A DNA stretch of 64,000 nucleotides from an uncultured Ruficoccus sp. Its GTDB lineage: Bacteria > Verrucomicrobiota > Verrucomicrobiia > Opitutales > Cerasicoccaceae. Numbering within the stretch: position 1 is the first letter of the stretch; the number at the start of each line of letters is the position of its first letter. Both the position numbers and the translations under genes were made by a program. A model generated the notes under the pieces. It was given only the letters and a program-made list of their open reading frames with translations, did not search any database and was not told where the DNA came from. Below, one piece after another: positions 9,376-18,354 of this stretch. Location: positions 32,001-96,000 of the forward strand of contig OZ223521.1 in the NCBI GenBank assembly GCA_965140785.1, given 5' to 3'.

Positions 9376-10356
9376 CTACGCAAACTGTACCGCATTGAGA
9401 GTTAGTCTGAGCGGGTTAATGATGTGATTTAGGGTTAGGTTGTAGAGGGTGTCAAGGCTTGGGCGCAAGGAGGGCGTAGCCCGAGTGTAGCCCATGCCTT
9501 GGAAGTTGATGTCGAAGGGGGTTGGTGCGGTTTCTTTGGCTGCAAACTCGAGCGGCGTGAGCAGTCCGAGTGAACGGTGCGGGCGGATGTTGTTGTATTT
9601 CCACCTCCAGTCCTCAATGACCACGCGTGCCTCGGTGAGCGTATAAAACCACTCGCGGTTGAGGCACTCATCGCGGAGTCTGCCGTTGAAGGATTCTATG
9701 TAGCCGTTCTGCCAGGGACTGCCCGGCTCAATGTAGAGCGTCTTGATCTCCTCGTCCGCGTACCATTTACGCAGGCTCTTCTCGATAAACTCGCTGCCGT
9801 TGTCGCTACGGATGTGCTCGGGGCTGCCGTAGGCACTGATCAACTCGCTCATGACGGCTCGCACCTTGGCGGCGTTGAGGTGGCGATCGACGTGGATGCA
9901 CAGGCACTCACGGGTGTACTCATCGAGTACCGTGAGCATGCGGATTGATCCGCCCTTAGCCGTACGGTCGGCCACGAAGTCGCAGGTCCACACGTGGTTG
10001 CGATGAGTAGCCTTTGTCGGTAAGCCCGTCGAGGGGCCGCGCCGACGCTGACGAGGCTTCTTAGTCGGACACTTCAGCCCCATCTCCTGGCGCAGGCGCT
10101 GCACCAGCCGCTTACCTACGTCCCAACCATCGCGCTTGAGTAGATGAGTGATTTTCGGGTAACCCAGCTCGGGATGCGCTTCGCTCTTGCGACGCAAAGC
10201 CCCACGTAACTTTGCCAACCAGGGCGTAGTCTCCTTCGCCTGATAGCCGAAGGTACTGCGATGCAACCCAAAGTGACGGCAGGCCGCCCGCGCTGAACAT
10301 CTGCCCTGCGACACCAGAGTTTGCGCCATCTCGCGCTTGTGTGCAGGGCTTACCAT
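9376..10356 (-). CDS. IS3 transposase OrfB (DDE)
   Basis: WTCDF, LDEYTRECL, IRSDNGSEF, PGSPWQNGYIESFNGRLRDECLN, YNNIRPHRSLG. Confidence 0.95.
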   Translation of the reverse strand: MVSPAHKREMAQTLVSQGRCSARAACRHFGLHRSTFGYQAKETTPWLAKLRGALRRKSEAHPELGYPKITHLLKRDGWDVGKRLVQRLRQEMGLKCPTKKPRQRRRGPSTGLPTKATHRNHVWTCDFVADRTAKGGSIRMLTVLDEYTRECLCIHVDRHLNAAKVRAVMSELISAYGSPEHIRSDNGSEFIEKSLRKWYADEEIKTLYIEPGSPWQNGYIESFNGRLRDECLNREWFYTLTEARVVIEDWRWKYNNIRPHRSLGLLTPLEFAAKETAPTPFDINFQGMGYTRATPSLRPSLDTLYNLTLNHIINPLRLTLNAVQFA

Positions 10357-10541
10357 TTTTTTTCGAGCGCCTCCTTCAGCAGCTCCTTACCAAGTATCTC
10401 GTCCGCCAGCATACGCTTCAGCCGAGCGTTCTCCTTTTGCAGTTCCTTCAGTTGCTTGGCCTGATCGACTTCCAGCATCCCAAGCTCCCGCTTCCAGCGG
10501 TGGAACGTCTGCTCGCTGATCCCTGCCTCGCGGCAGACATC
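10350..10541 (-). pseudogene. IS3 OrfA, 5'-truncated; A8 frameshift site at 10356-10363
   Basis: Manual translation: DVCREAGISEQTFHRWKRELGMLEVDQAKQLKELQKENARLKRMLADEILGKELLKEALEKKW*. Confidence 0.85.
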
Positions 10542-10582
10542 TGACCTGCCTACGCAAACTGTACCGCGTTGAGAGTTAGTCT
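10542..10582 (-). repeat. Second, 41-bp copy of the IS3 right end
   Basis: 40/41 identical to 9368-9408, same orientation. Confidence 0.9.
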
Positions 10583-11089
10583 TTCAGTTCCGGCCCTCCG
10601 GAATCCGATCCCTGCTGAACGGAGGAAAATCATGAGCACGCTGGTCTTGGATTTTCACTGTCGCCGCTCGGACAAGGGGCGGATTCGCATAAAACGCGGC
10701 AAGGCCCCTGCACCGGTCGAGGCGGGCAGCATGCCCCGCATCTGATGGCCTTGGCCATCCGCTTCGACCGTCTCCTGCGGGATGGGGGAGTGAAGGACTA
10801 CGCCGAACTGGCCCGCCTCGGCCACGTCACCCGCGTCCGCATGTCCCAGATCATGGGCCTGCTCAACCTCGCACCGAATATCCAAGAGGAAATCCTCTTC
10901 CTCCCCAAAAACGTCAAGGGCCGCGATCCCATCAGCGCCCGAGAGGTCATCCAGATGGCTATGATTGAGGATTGGCACGGGCAACTGAGGAAATGGGTCA
11001 AATTTAAGAATATCCGCCCTGAAAGGAACACCTTCGTTAGCACCAGCTCGTCAGCTATACTCCAGCCTAGAAGGCATAGGCTATATTGA
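10583..11089 (+). pseudogene. Remnant of a serine-recombinase cassette: recombinase C-terminal tail plus frameshifted accessory gene (from 10632)
   Basis: The tail QFRPSGIRSLLNGGKS* overlaps the next gene at ATGA. That gene reads MSTLV...MPRI*, then in another frame MALAIRFDRLL..DYAELARLGHVTRVRMSQIMGLLNLAPNIQEEILFLP, a family I recall next to large serine recombinases. Confidence 0.6.
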
Positions 11090-11822
11090 GGAGATACGAG
11101 ACACTTGGACTGGCACTTGAGACACCAAAAAGTGCACGCGCTTCCACCTTCCATTTCTCTGCCAATTTAACCATTAGCAATGGCCCCAGTTGATGCGTGT
11201 TCGCGTCAAAGTCGCCCAAGTCTGTGACATTATTGAACCCGACAAAGCCGTCTAAAGCCAAAGTGAGCTGAGGTGTCAACTGACGGCTTACTTGTACCCT
11301 TCCTCCGGGGAAAAAACCGGATTCGCAGTCAGCGCCAAACTCCCTTTTGATCAGGAAATTTGCCCGAAGCTGCCAATTGGGATCGAGATTGACGAGCCCG
11401 GACCAAGCCAAGCCCACGCGATAGGAGGTGTTGCTGCTGTCAGGGATTTGCACAGAGAAGCGTAACGCACTCGCCCAGCCCGCGGTTTCCTCCTTCAGGA
11501 ACTGCCACATTGCTTCAAAACGCGCATATTGAAAGCCCAGGGACGCAGCATCGTTTTGGTAGAATTGCACCATGCTCCGCAGCTGCCATTGGTTCGTGAC
11601 ACCGTACTGGTAGACAAGACGCTGGGCCATCGCATTGCCCTCGGGTTGATAGCCAATGCGGTAAATCACGTCACTGGAACCTTCCTCGATAACCGGGCTG
11701 AAGACGGTGCCCATGTTTTGGGCATGAGCCCTCGTATAGGCCAAGGCAATGGTCCCCATCGTCAGAAAAAGGAATATCCGGATGTGAATACCCTTGCACG
11801 AACTGATGGCATACTCTTTCAA
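11067..11822 (-). CDS. Putative outer-membrane beta-barrel protein
   Basis: Signal peptide (AHA-Q), amphipathic strands, C-terminal YAF. Confidence 0.6.
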   Translation of the reverse strand: MKEYAISSCKGIHIRIFLFLTMGTIALAYTRAHAQNMGTVFSPVIEEGSSDVIYRIGYQPEGNAMAQRLVYQYGVTNQWQLRSMVQFYQNDAASLGFQYARFEAMWQFLKEETAGWASALRFSVQIPDSSNTSYRVGLAWSGLVNLDPNWQLRANFLIKREFGADCESGFFPGGRVQVSRQLTPQLTLALDGFVGFNNVTDLGDFDANTHQLGPLLMVKLAEKWKVEARALFGVSSASPSVSYLLNIAYAF

Positions 11823-11856
11823 AAAGATAGAGCGCTTAGGCGACAGCTCATGTTAG

Positions 11857-14361
11857 CTATTCGCTGGAGGAGTTGGCATGCATGGCCATTTCGAGCTTTT
11901 TGATGTCCTCTGGAGAGAGCTGGGGACGGTCCATTGCGACCGTGAGCTTATTCAACTTTCCCGTGAAGGGAAACGGCGATGTGTAATCAGCGTCGTTGAC
12001 GCTGGTTAGCGTATCCGAGCCGATGTCGAAGGATTCGTCCCACTGGAGCGTGATCGGCAGCGTGTGCTCCATCTTGATAGTCTTGACCGGGTTGCCGTCC
12101 ACGATGAGGGTGCCGACGCCGCCCCGGCCAATGCCGCTCATGCTGCCATACTCCAGCGTGCCCACGCCCAGCCCGTCGTACTTGAAGTCGAAAGCGACGG
12201 TGTGCTTGCCGGGGGTAAGTGCCTCGGGAGCCTCCCACTTGATACGTTTGAGGTCCACCAGGTTCCAGAGGAAGACCGGCTTGCCCTTGAGCAGGTAAAA
12301 GCCGTAGCCGCCGAAACGCCCCCCTGAGGTCAGGATAACGCCCTCGGCACCGTCCCCGGGCACATCGATCTCGGCGGTGATGGTGTAGCTGGTGTCCAGC
12401 AGGAGCGGCGAGTCCCCTTGCGGCAGGCCGACCATCGGACGTGTATAGACGAACTCGGTGCGTCCGGCGGTGATGTTCGGGCGCGGAGCCACGATGCGGG
12501 TGGCAACCGAGGAGTCGAGCGGGAAAACTTGGTACTTGTTCGCCTCCTCAATGAAGAGCTGTTTCATCATGGCAACCTTCGCGGGATGCTTGGCGGCCAG
12601 GTCCTGTGACTGGCTGAAGTCCTCGTTGAGGTTGTACAGTTCGAGTACTTGGTTGTTGAGCGGGTCCGGGTTGGGGGCCTTGAAGGCCTCCCAGGGGGCG
12701 CGGTCCACTTTGGTGCTCAGCAGCCAGCCGTCGTTGTACAGCGCCCACTGGCCCATCATTTCAAAGTACTGAATCTTGTGGTGCGAGGGAGCCTCGGCGT
12801 TAGCGGCGTCGAAGGTGTAGGCAAAGCTGACACCGTCCATCGGAGCCTGCTTGATGCCGTCCACATATTCGGGGGCAGTGATGCCGGCAACTTCAAGAAT
12901 GGTCGGAACGATGTCGTTGACGTGGCAGAACTGCTCGCGCAGGCCACCTTTGTCGGTGATGTGGCCGGGCCAGGAGATGACCATGCCCTGACGGATGCCG
13001 CCCAGCTTGGAGGCGTTCTGCTTGAACCAGGTGAAGGGCGTGTCGAAGGCCCAGCTCCAGGCGGCGGTCATGTGGTTGTAAGTGTACTGGGTGCCCCACA
13101 TGTCGTAGAACTTCATCTGGTCCTCAATCGGCACCTCAATGCCGTTGAAGTAGGCCACTTCGTTCGGGGTGCCCAGCAAGCCGCCTTCGGCGCTGGTGCC
13201 GTTGTCGCCGTTGATGTAGATGATGAGTGTGTTGTCGAGCTTGCCGATCTGCTCAATCGTGTCGATGACGCGTCCGATTTCGTGGTCGTTGTAGGCGGCG
13301 TAGGCGGCGAAGACATTCACCTGTTTGAGGTAGAGCTTCTTCTCCTCCGGGGTGCACTCGTCCCAGTTCTTGAGCAGGTCACTGGGCCAGGCTTCGAGCT
13401 GGGTGTCTGCCGGGATAACGCCGAGCTTTTTCTGGTTTTCAAAAATCTGCTCGCGCAGCTTGTTCCAGCCGCCGTCGAAGAGGTGCATGGCCTCGATTTT
13501 CTCCACCCACTCCTTGGTCGGGTGGTGCGGGGCGTGGGTCGCGCCGGGGGCGTACTTGATGAGGAAGGGCTTGCTCGGGTCGGTCTGGTGGACGCGGTAG
13601 ATGTAGTCGATGGCGTCGTCGGCCATGGCCGTGATCAGGTTCCACTCGCCCTCCTTGCCCACGAAGGGATAAATTTGTGTGGTGTTGCGGAAGAGGTTCG
13701 GCTCCCACTGGTTGGCGTCGCCGCCGACGAAGCCGTAAAAATACTCGAATCCCATGCCGGTTGGCCACTGGTCGAAGGGCCCCACCTGGCTGGCGGCAAA
13801 GGCCGGGGTATTGTGGTCCTTGCCGAACCAGGCTGTGGCGTAGCCGTTGTCCAGCAGGATGCGGCCGATGGTGGCCTTGTCCTTGCCGATAATGCTGTTG
13901 TAGCCGGGGTAGCCGGTCGATTGCTCGGAGATCACGCCAAAGCCGACCTCGTGGTGGTTGCGCCCGGTGATGAGCGCGGCGCGGGTGGGCGAGCACAGGG
14001 AGGTCGAGTAAATGTTGTTGTAGCGCAGGCCGCTTTCGGCCAGTCGGTCCATGGTCGGGGTGGGAATGACCCCGCCGAAGGTGCTCGGGATGCCGAAGCC
14101 AGCGTCATCAGTGATGATGAGCAGGATGTTCGGAGCCTGTTTGGGCGGAACGATACGCGGGGCCCACCAAGGCTTGGAACTGAGTGCGTCGTCTTTGATG
14201 ACACCGCCAAAAGCAGGTTGAGGAGCGGGCAACTGCTCCCCGTTGATAGTGGTGGTGGCATCGGGCGAGCCGACTACGCCCGTGGTTTCAATTGGTGTCC
14301 CGGACAACGGCGTGAAGGCCGTCAGCAGGGCCAGGCAGAGAGTGTGTGTGAATGCTTTCAT
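11857..14361 (-). CDS. Cys-type arylsulfatase
   Basis: PNILLIITDDAG, CSPTRAALITGRNHH, FGKDH, GATHAPH, GDNG; signal peptide. Confidence 0.93.
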   Translation of the reverse strand: MKAFTHTLCLALLTAFTPLSGTPIETTGVVGSPDATTTINGEQLPAPQPAFGGVIKDDALSSKPWWAPRIVPPKQAPNILLIITDDAGFGIPSTFGGVIPTPTMDRLAESGLRYNNIYSTSLCSPTRAALITGRNHHEVGFGVISEQSTGYPGYNSIIGKDKATIGRILLDNGYATAWFGKDHNTPAFAASQVGPFDQWPTGMGFEYFYGFVGGDANQWEPNLFRNTTQIYPFVGKEGEWNLITAMADDAIDYIYRVHQTDPSKPFLIKYAPGATHAPHHPTKEWVEKIEAMHLFDGGWNKLREQIFENQKKLGVIPADTQLEAWPSDLLKNWDECTPEEKKLYLKQVNVFAAYAAYNDHEIGRVIDTIEQIGKLDNTLIIYINGDNGTSAEGGLLGTPNEVAYFNGIEVPIEDQMKFYDMWGTQYTYNHMTAAWSWAFDTPFTWFKQNASKLGGIRQGMVISWPGHITDKGGLREQFCHVNDIVPTILEVAGITAPEYVDGIKQAPMDGVSFAYTFDAANAEAPSHHKIQYFEMMGQWALYNDGWLLSTKVDRAPWEAFKAPNPDPLNNQVLELYNLNEDFSQSQDLAAKHPAKVAMMKQLFIEEANKYQVFPLDSSVATRIVAPRPNITAGRTEFVYTRPMVGLPQGDSPLLLDTSYTITAEIDVPGDGAEGVILTSGGRFGGYGFYLLKGKPVFLWNLVDLKRIKWEAPEALTPGKHTVAFDFKYDGLGVGTLEYGSMSGIGRGGVGTLIVDGNPVKTIKMEHTLPITLQWDESFDIGSDTLTSVNDADYTSPFPFTGKLNKLTVAMDRPQLSPEDIKKLEMAMHANSSSE

Positions 14362-14468
14362 GGCTGGGTTTTGTCTATGGGTGGGGAAGAAAAAGGCGCC
14401 GCAGCGTGATGAGCCGTTATAGGCCCATCACACTGTGGCTCGCTGTGTAGTTTCGGTCAGTGTTTGCG

Positions 14469-15746
14469 TTAGAAACGGTAGTTGGCGTTGATATTAAAGA
14501 AAGAGAACCAGGCGTTGTCGTAGGAGCCTTGGACCTGACCGCGAAGTACGGAACCGGCTCCCTGATCGACGGCCATGTCGTCCATCCACATAAAGGTGAA
14601 GGCTGCCCCCAGATCCAGGTGATCGTTGATCGCATATTGAGCCCCGCAGCCGAAGCGCCAGGCTTCCCCCATGGGCAGGGTGACGCTGCGATACTGGTCT
14701 TCCACGGCGGAAGTGTCGTAGGCGATGCCGCCCGAGAATACCCACTGCCGTGTTGGCCGCCACTGCATGCCCACGGCCCCGTGCCAGGTGTCCTGAAAGT
14801 TCAGGTTCATGGTCGTCACGCCGCCGCTTTCCACGCCGGCCTGGACGTAGCCGAACTGATTCCAGTTCTGCCAGCCCACATCCGCCATCAGCGCCCACTG
14901 CTCGTTGAACGCATGGTAAAAGCTGAGCATGACCGTCTGGGGGACGGTCATGTCTAGGTCGATGTTGGATGGGTTGGCCAACAACGCAGATAGGCCGGGT
15001 CCGAGGTTGGAAAACGAAGGTGTGTCACTGAAATCCAACTTAACCGGCGAAAGATAGTTGACCCCGATACGGGTCTGCTCATCGACCGTGAACAGTATCC
15101 CGACATTCGCCCCGAAGCCCCAGGTCGTATCCTCAAGCTTCATCTGCCCGTCCGGGCCGAGGATGTTGTTCACCGCCGTCTGGTTCTTCAAGTAGCCGAG
15201 CATAGCGTTGAGCCCGACGCCGATCGAAACCCAATCGGTTGCCTGGTAGCTGACGGAAGGCATGAGCGACATCCCCACCAGTGTGCTGTCCTGCACGTAG
15301 TAGCGCCCGACCCAGTTGTCGTCGTAGTCTTCGGCCAGGCCGAAATAGGAGAGCATGCCCAGTCCGACGCTCCACTTCTCGTCCAACGGGGCGACCACGA
15401 ACAGACTCATCCCCGGCAGCCAGCCGATGGCATTACCCCCGGCGTCGGTGCCCAGGCCCGTCGTCGTGCCGGAACCGGGGCTGAACTCGACGCTGCCGTA
15501 AAGGGCCTGCACGCCGCCCTCAATCTGCCAGCCCTCCAGACGGGTCATCCCGGCCGGATTCTTGTATACGGTCGAGGCGTCGTCGGCGCGAGAGGAGTAG
15601 CCCGCCGAGGCCAGTCCCATATCCGGTGTGGCGATTTCGTAGAGGATGATGCCCCCCGCCTTTATTTGGGAATAGCCCAACAGGAGACAAACAACGATTG
15701 TTACAAGAGTTCGGAATTTGCCCAATGCCATTATTCTCTCTTTCAA
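14469..15746 (-). CDS. FadL/OmpP1/TodX outer-membrane channel
   Basis: GGIILYE, ADDAST..NPAGMTRL and terminal NYRF. Confidence 0.88.
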   Translation of the reverse strand: MKERIMALGKFRTLVTIVVCLLLGYSQIKAGGIILYEIATPDMGLASAGYSSRADDASTVYKNPAGMTRLEGWQIEGGVQALYGSVEFSPGSGTTTGLGTDAGGNAIGWLPGMSLFVVAPLDEKWSVGLGMLSYFGLAEDYDDNWVGRYYVQDSTLVGMSLMPSVSYQATDWVSIGVGLNAMLGYLKNQTAVNNILGPDGQMKLEDTTWGFGANVGILFTVDEQTRIGVNYLSPVKLDFSDTPSFSNLGPGLSALLANPSNIDLDMTVPQTVMLSFYHAFNEQWALMADVGWQNWNQFGYVQAGVESGGVTTMNLNFQDTWHGAVGMQWRPTRQWVFSGGIAYDTSAVEDQYRSVTLPMGEAWRFGCGAQYAINDHLDLGAAFTFMWMDDMAVDQGAGSVLRGQVQGSYDNAWFSFFNINANYRF

Positions 15747-15897
15747 GGACGCGTCTGGGGGTTAGGTGTTATCAATGCCCTCATATACAAATAGGCCCCA
15801 TTATCTTTTTCGAGATAAAGGCATATCCCAAAAACGAAGCTTTTAAGTGCTCTTTGGTTTTGCGCTCCCCTTGAATCTAATATAAGCATGAAGTCGT

Positions 15898-16873
15898 GTG
15901 AAGGAGTTAGCTCGACACAACCCGGTGACCGTTTCGCCCTGCCTCGGTCCTGAAGAACTGATCCGCGCCATCAACGGGACGGATCTGGAGGTTGTGAAGC
16001 TTGGAGCCTCAGCAATGCCCAGCAGGATCGGACGCGTACTGTGCCCGCGTATTGCCCTCGATCATGCCGAACTTGGCAATCAATACCACTTCCGCGGAGC
16101 GATGCCTTCCGGGCATTACACCCTCATATTCGTTAATAAATGCCCTCAGCCTGGTCATTCGTATAATTTTTCTACCACCCACGGTGATGGCTTCATGGGG
16201 TTCTTTCCTCCTGGCGGGGAGTTGGACGCGTTGACCCCCGTTGGCTACTCCAATGCATCGATCACCGTACCCGAACTGGTATTCCTCGATGCCGTTGAAA
16301 AATACTTTCCTGAAAACCCCCGATCATACGTTGAGAGAGGGCATTGCGATCCGTGTAGGAACGGTAGAGTGTCTGAAACTGCAAGGGCTGGTTGCCCGGT
16401 TGTGGGGCGACATGCAAGAATCGGATTCGCTGCTGGGCGACTTCAGAGCCCGGGAAAACCTCGAAAATGAGTTACTTACCCGTTTCATGGAAGGACTGCA
16501 AAGCGGGTGGGGGAGCTTGACGCCCGCCACTGGCAAGCGGAGCGGAAAACGCTATACCTTGCTACGGGGCGCGATCGAACTGATCAGATCCTGTCCTCCG
16601 CAGCAATTAGACGCTTCGCTGCTTTGCCAGGAGCTGGGCCTGTCTCGTCGCCGGATCGAAGTCCTGTTTCGTGAAACGCTCGGTGTTTCCCCATGCGCCG
16701 TCATGCGAAATATGCGCCTTAACGCGGTGCGTTATCATCTGCTTGAGGCCGAGAATCGCTCCGGCTCCATCAAGCAAGCCGCGCTTGACGCAGGATTTTG
16801 GCACATGGGACATTTTTGCGAGCAGTACAGAGCTTTATTCGGCGAACTCCCGAGCGACACACTGGCCCGTTAG
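15898..16873 (+). pseudogene. AraC-family regulator, frameshifted at about 16315
   Basis: N-terminal domain in ORF 15898..16470; HTH (RLNAVR..AALDAGFWHMGHFCEQYRALFGELPSDTL) in ORF 16241..16873. The junction falls in AAAACCCCC. Confidence 0.8.
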
Positions 16874-16879
16874 GTGTGG

Positions 16880-17340
16880 TTTGTTTGTGCGATTTCGAGG
16901 CTGCCTCGACCTGAAAGCTGATCGACGTGTGCCGGATGATGTCCTGCACCCAGTGCTGAGCCTTTGTGGCTGCTTTGAGAACCTTCATTTTATAGGCTGC
17001 ACCCTTGGGTTTCCCTGTAAACGGGAGCTCTTTCAGCCAGGAGGAAATGATCTCAGGCTTGGGAACGCGCCTGTTCATCTGGCGGCGCAATTTTCCCCCG
17101 GTGACAACGATGTATTCGTCCTTGATGTTTTTTGGCTCCAAGTCGTCGATTTCGCTGGGGCGCAGGCCGGTAAAGAGCCCAAGAGCTATATGTCCGTTGC
17201 GTGTTGTTATTTTTGTATTTGGACAGCAGGGGCTCGATGGCTTTCAAGCCTATCGGGTGAACCAGCGTATTCGGATCCATGCGCTGGAGGAGTTTCAGGC
17301 CCGTCGATGTTGTCAGACGATTGTACTTATCGATAAAAAC
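16880..17340 (-). pseudogene. Tyrosine integrase remnant
   Basis: Extending ORF 16770..17141 upstream gives IALGLFTGLRPSEIDDL (box I) and WVQDIIRHTSIS (box II). Upstream stop in this frame; no recognisable catalytic-Tyr segment. Boundaries are approximate. Confidence 0.7.
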
Positions 17341-17354
17341 GTCGCGCTAGAAGT

Positions 17355-18311
17355 CTATAGGTTAGCGAAAAAGACCGTCTTATCTGCCTGTAAGCGGACG
17401 GTGTCATGAGCGATGTCCGGATGCTCGAAATGACCGTACTGGAGAGCGAATAGCTTCTTTTCACTGCGAATGGCATTATAGACGGCGAACTGGCCAGGAG
17501 GGGCGACGGCGGGGTCGAACTTGGCACAGGCGCAGAGCATAGGCACCCGGATAAAGCAAGCCGCAGTTGCTGCATCATAGTACGGCAGGACCTCGCTTGC
17601 GGTCCTGGGATACTGGCTGACGTAGGCGCTGACCGCCTTTCCGCTCCCGTTGGTGGGCAGCTTCAGGCGGAGCGGCTGGTTGCCAAAGCTGGGGACTTCC
17701 AGGAAGCCGCGCTTGATGCGTTCGTCCCACGGGATCGCCAGGGCGCCGAGCCCGCCGCAGAAGCTTCCGCCGAGGTAGCCGACGTGTCCGGAGACTTGTG
17801 GAAAAAGATCCAGCAGGGCGGACACCGCCAGCCAGATATCCTCCACGCAACCGCCGTGGATGTAGCTGTCGCGGCTCTCAATCCCATGGAGGACGTGCTC
17901 GATGTCGCGCTCGGGGATGCCGGGCAGGCGGCTTCGGCCGATACCGCGTAAGCAGGGCAAAAGGTAGGCCGCGTAGGGATCGGGCAGGGGGACCTCGGGG
18001 GCGTCGCGCCCGCCGTATCCATGGCCCATGACAAAGCCTCGCGTTACGGTTCCGCCGACGGGCCGCAGGAGCCAGCCGCCAATGGTGACGCCTTCCGTGC
18101 TGGTGTATTGAAGATCGAATACGCGCCAGTGCTCCTCCAGGGTTTCTCCGGTGTCGGTGATGCGGGGCCGGGGGGACACGGCGAGCGCCCGCGCATAGCG
18201 GGCTTGCCAGAAGGACGCGAAATCCTCCGGGGGCGGCGGTGCGCCGACCTGGAGCAGGGCGTCGAGGTCGTAGCCGTAAGTGGGGTCGAAAGCGAAGGGG
18301 GGAGCGGTCAT
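17355..18311 (-). CDS. Acetyl xylan esterase (CE7-like)
   Basis: PEDFASFW, GHGYGG, GGSFCGG elbow, FDPAVAPPGQFAVYN, GHF. Confidence 0.85.
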   Translation of the reverse strand: MTAPPFAFDPTYGYDLDALLQVGAPPPPEDFASFWQARYARALAVSPRPRITDTGETLEEHWRVFDLQYTSTEGVTIGGWLLRPVGGTVTRGFVMGHGYGGRDAPEVPLPDPYAAYLLPCLRGIGRSRLPGIPERDIEHVLHGIESRDSYIHGGCVEDIWLAVSALLDLFPQVSGHVGYLGGSFCGGLGALAIPWDERIKRGFLEVPSFGNQPLRLKLPTNGSGKAVSAYVSQYPRTASEVLPYYDAATAACFIRVPMLCACAKFDPAVAPPGQFAVYNAIRSEKKLFALQYGHFEHPDIAHDTVRLQADKTVFFANL

Positions 18312-18354
18312 GGGAATAGGGCTCGGGACGTGCGGCGGGAGTGCGTCGTCGGAT

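Larger units (their letters stand above)
9368..10541 (-). mobile_element. IS3-family element lacking its left end
   Basis: Right end TGACCTGCCTACGCAAACTG at 9368, intact orfB, orfA cut at 10541. Confidence 0.9.

Noticed and set aside
9368..10582. Complete IS3 bounded by its two ends
   Set aside because: The repeats at 9368 and 10542 are direct, not inverted; the left end and orfA start are missing.
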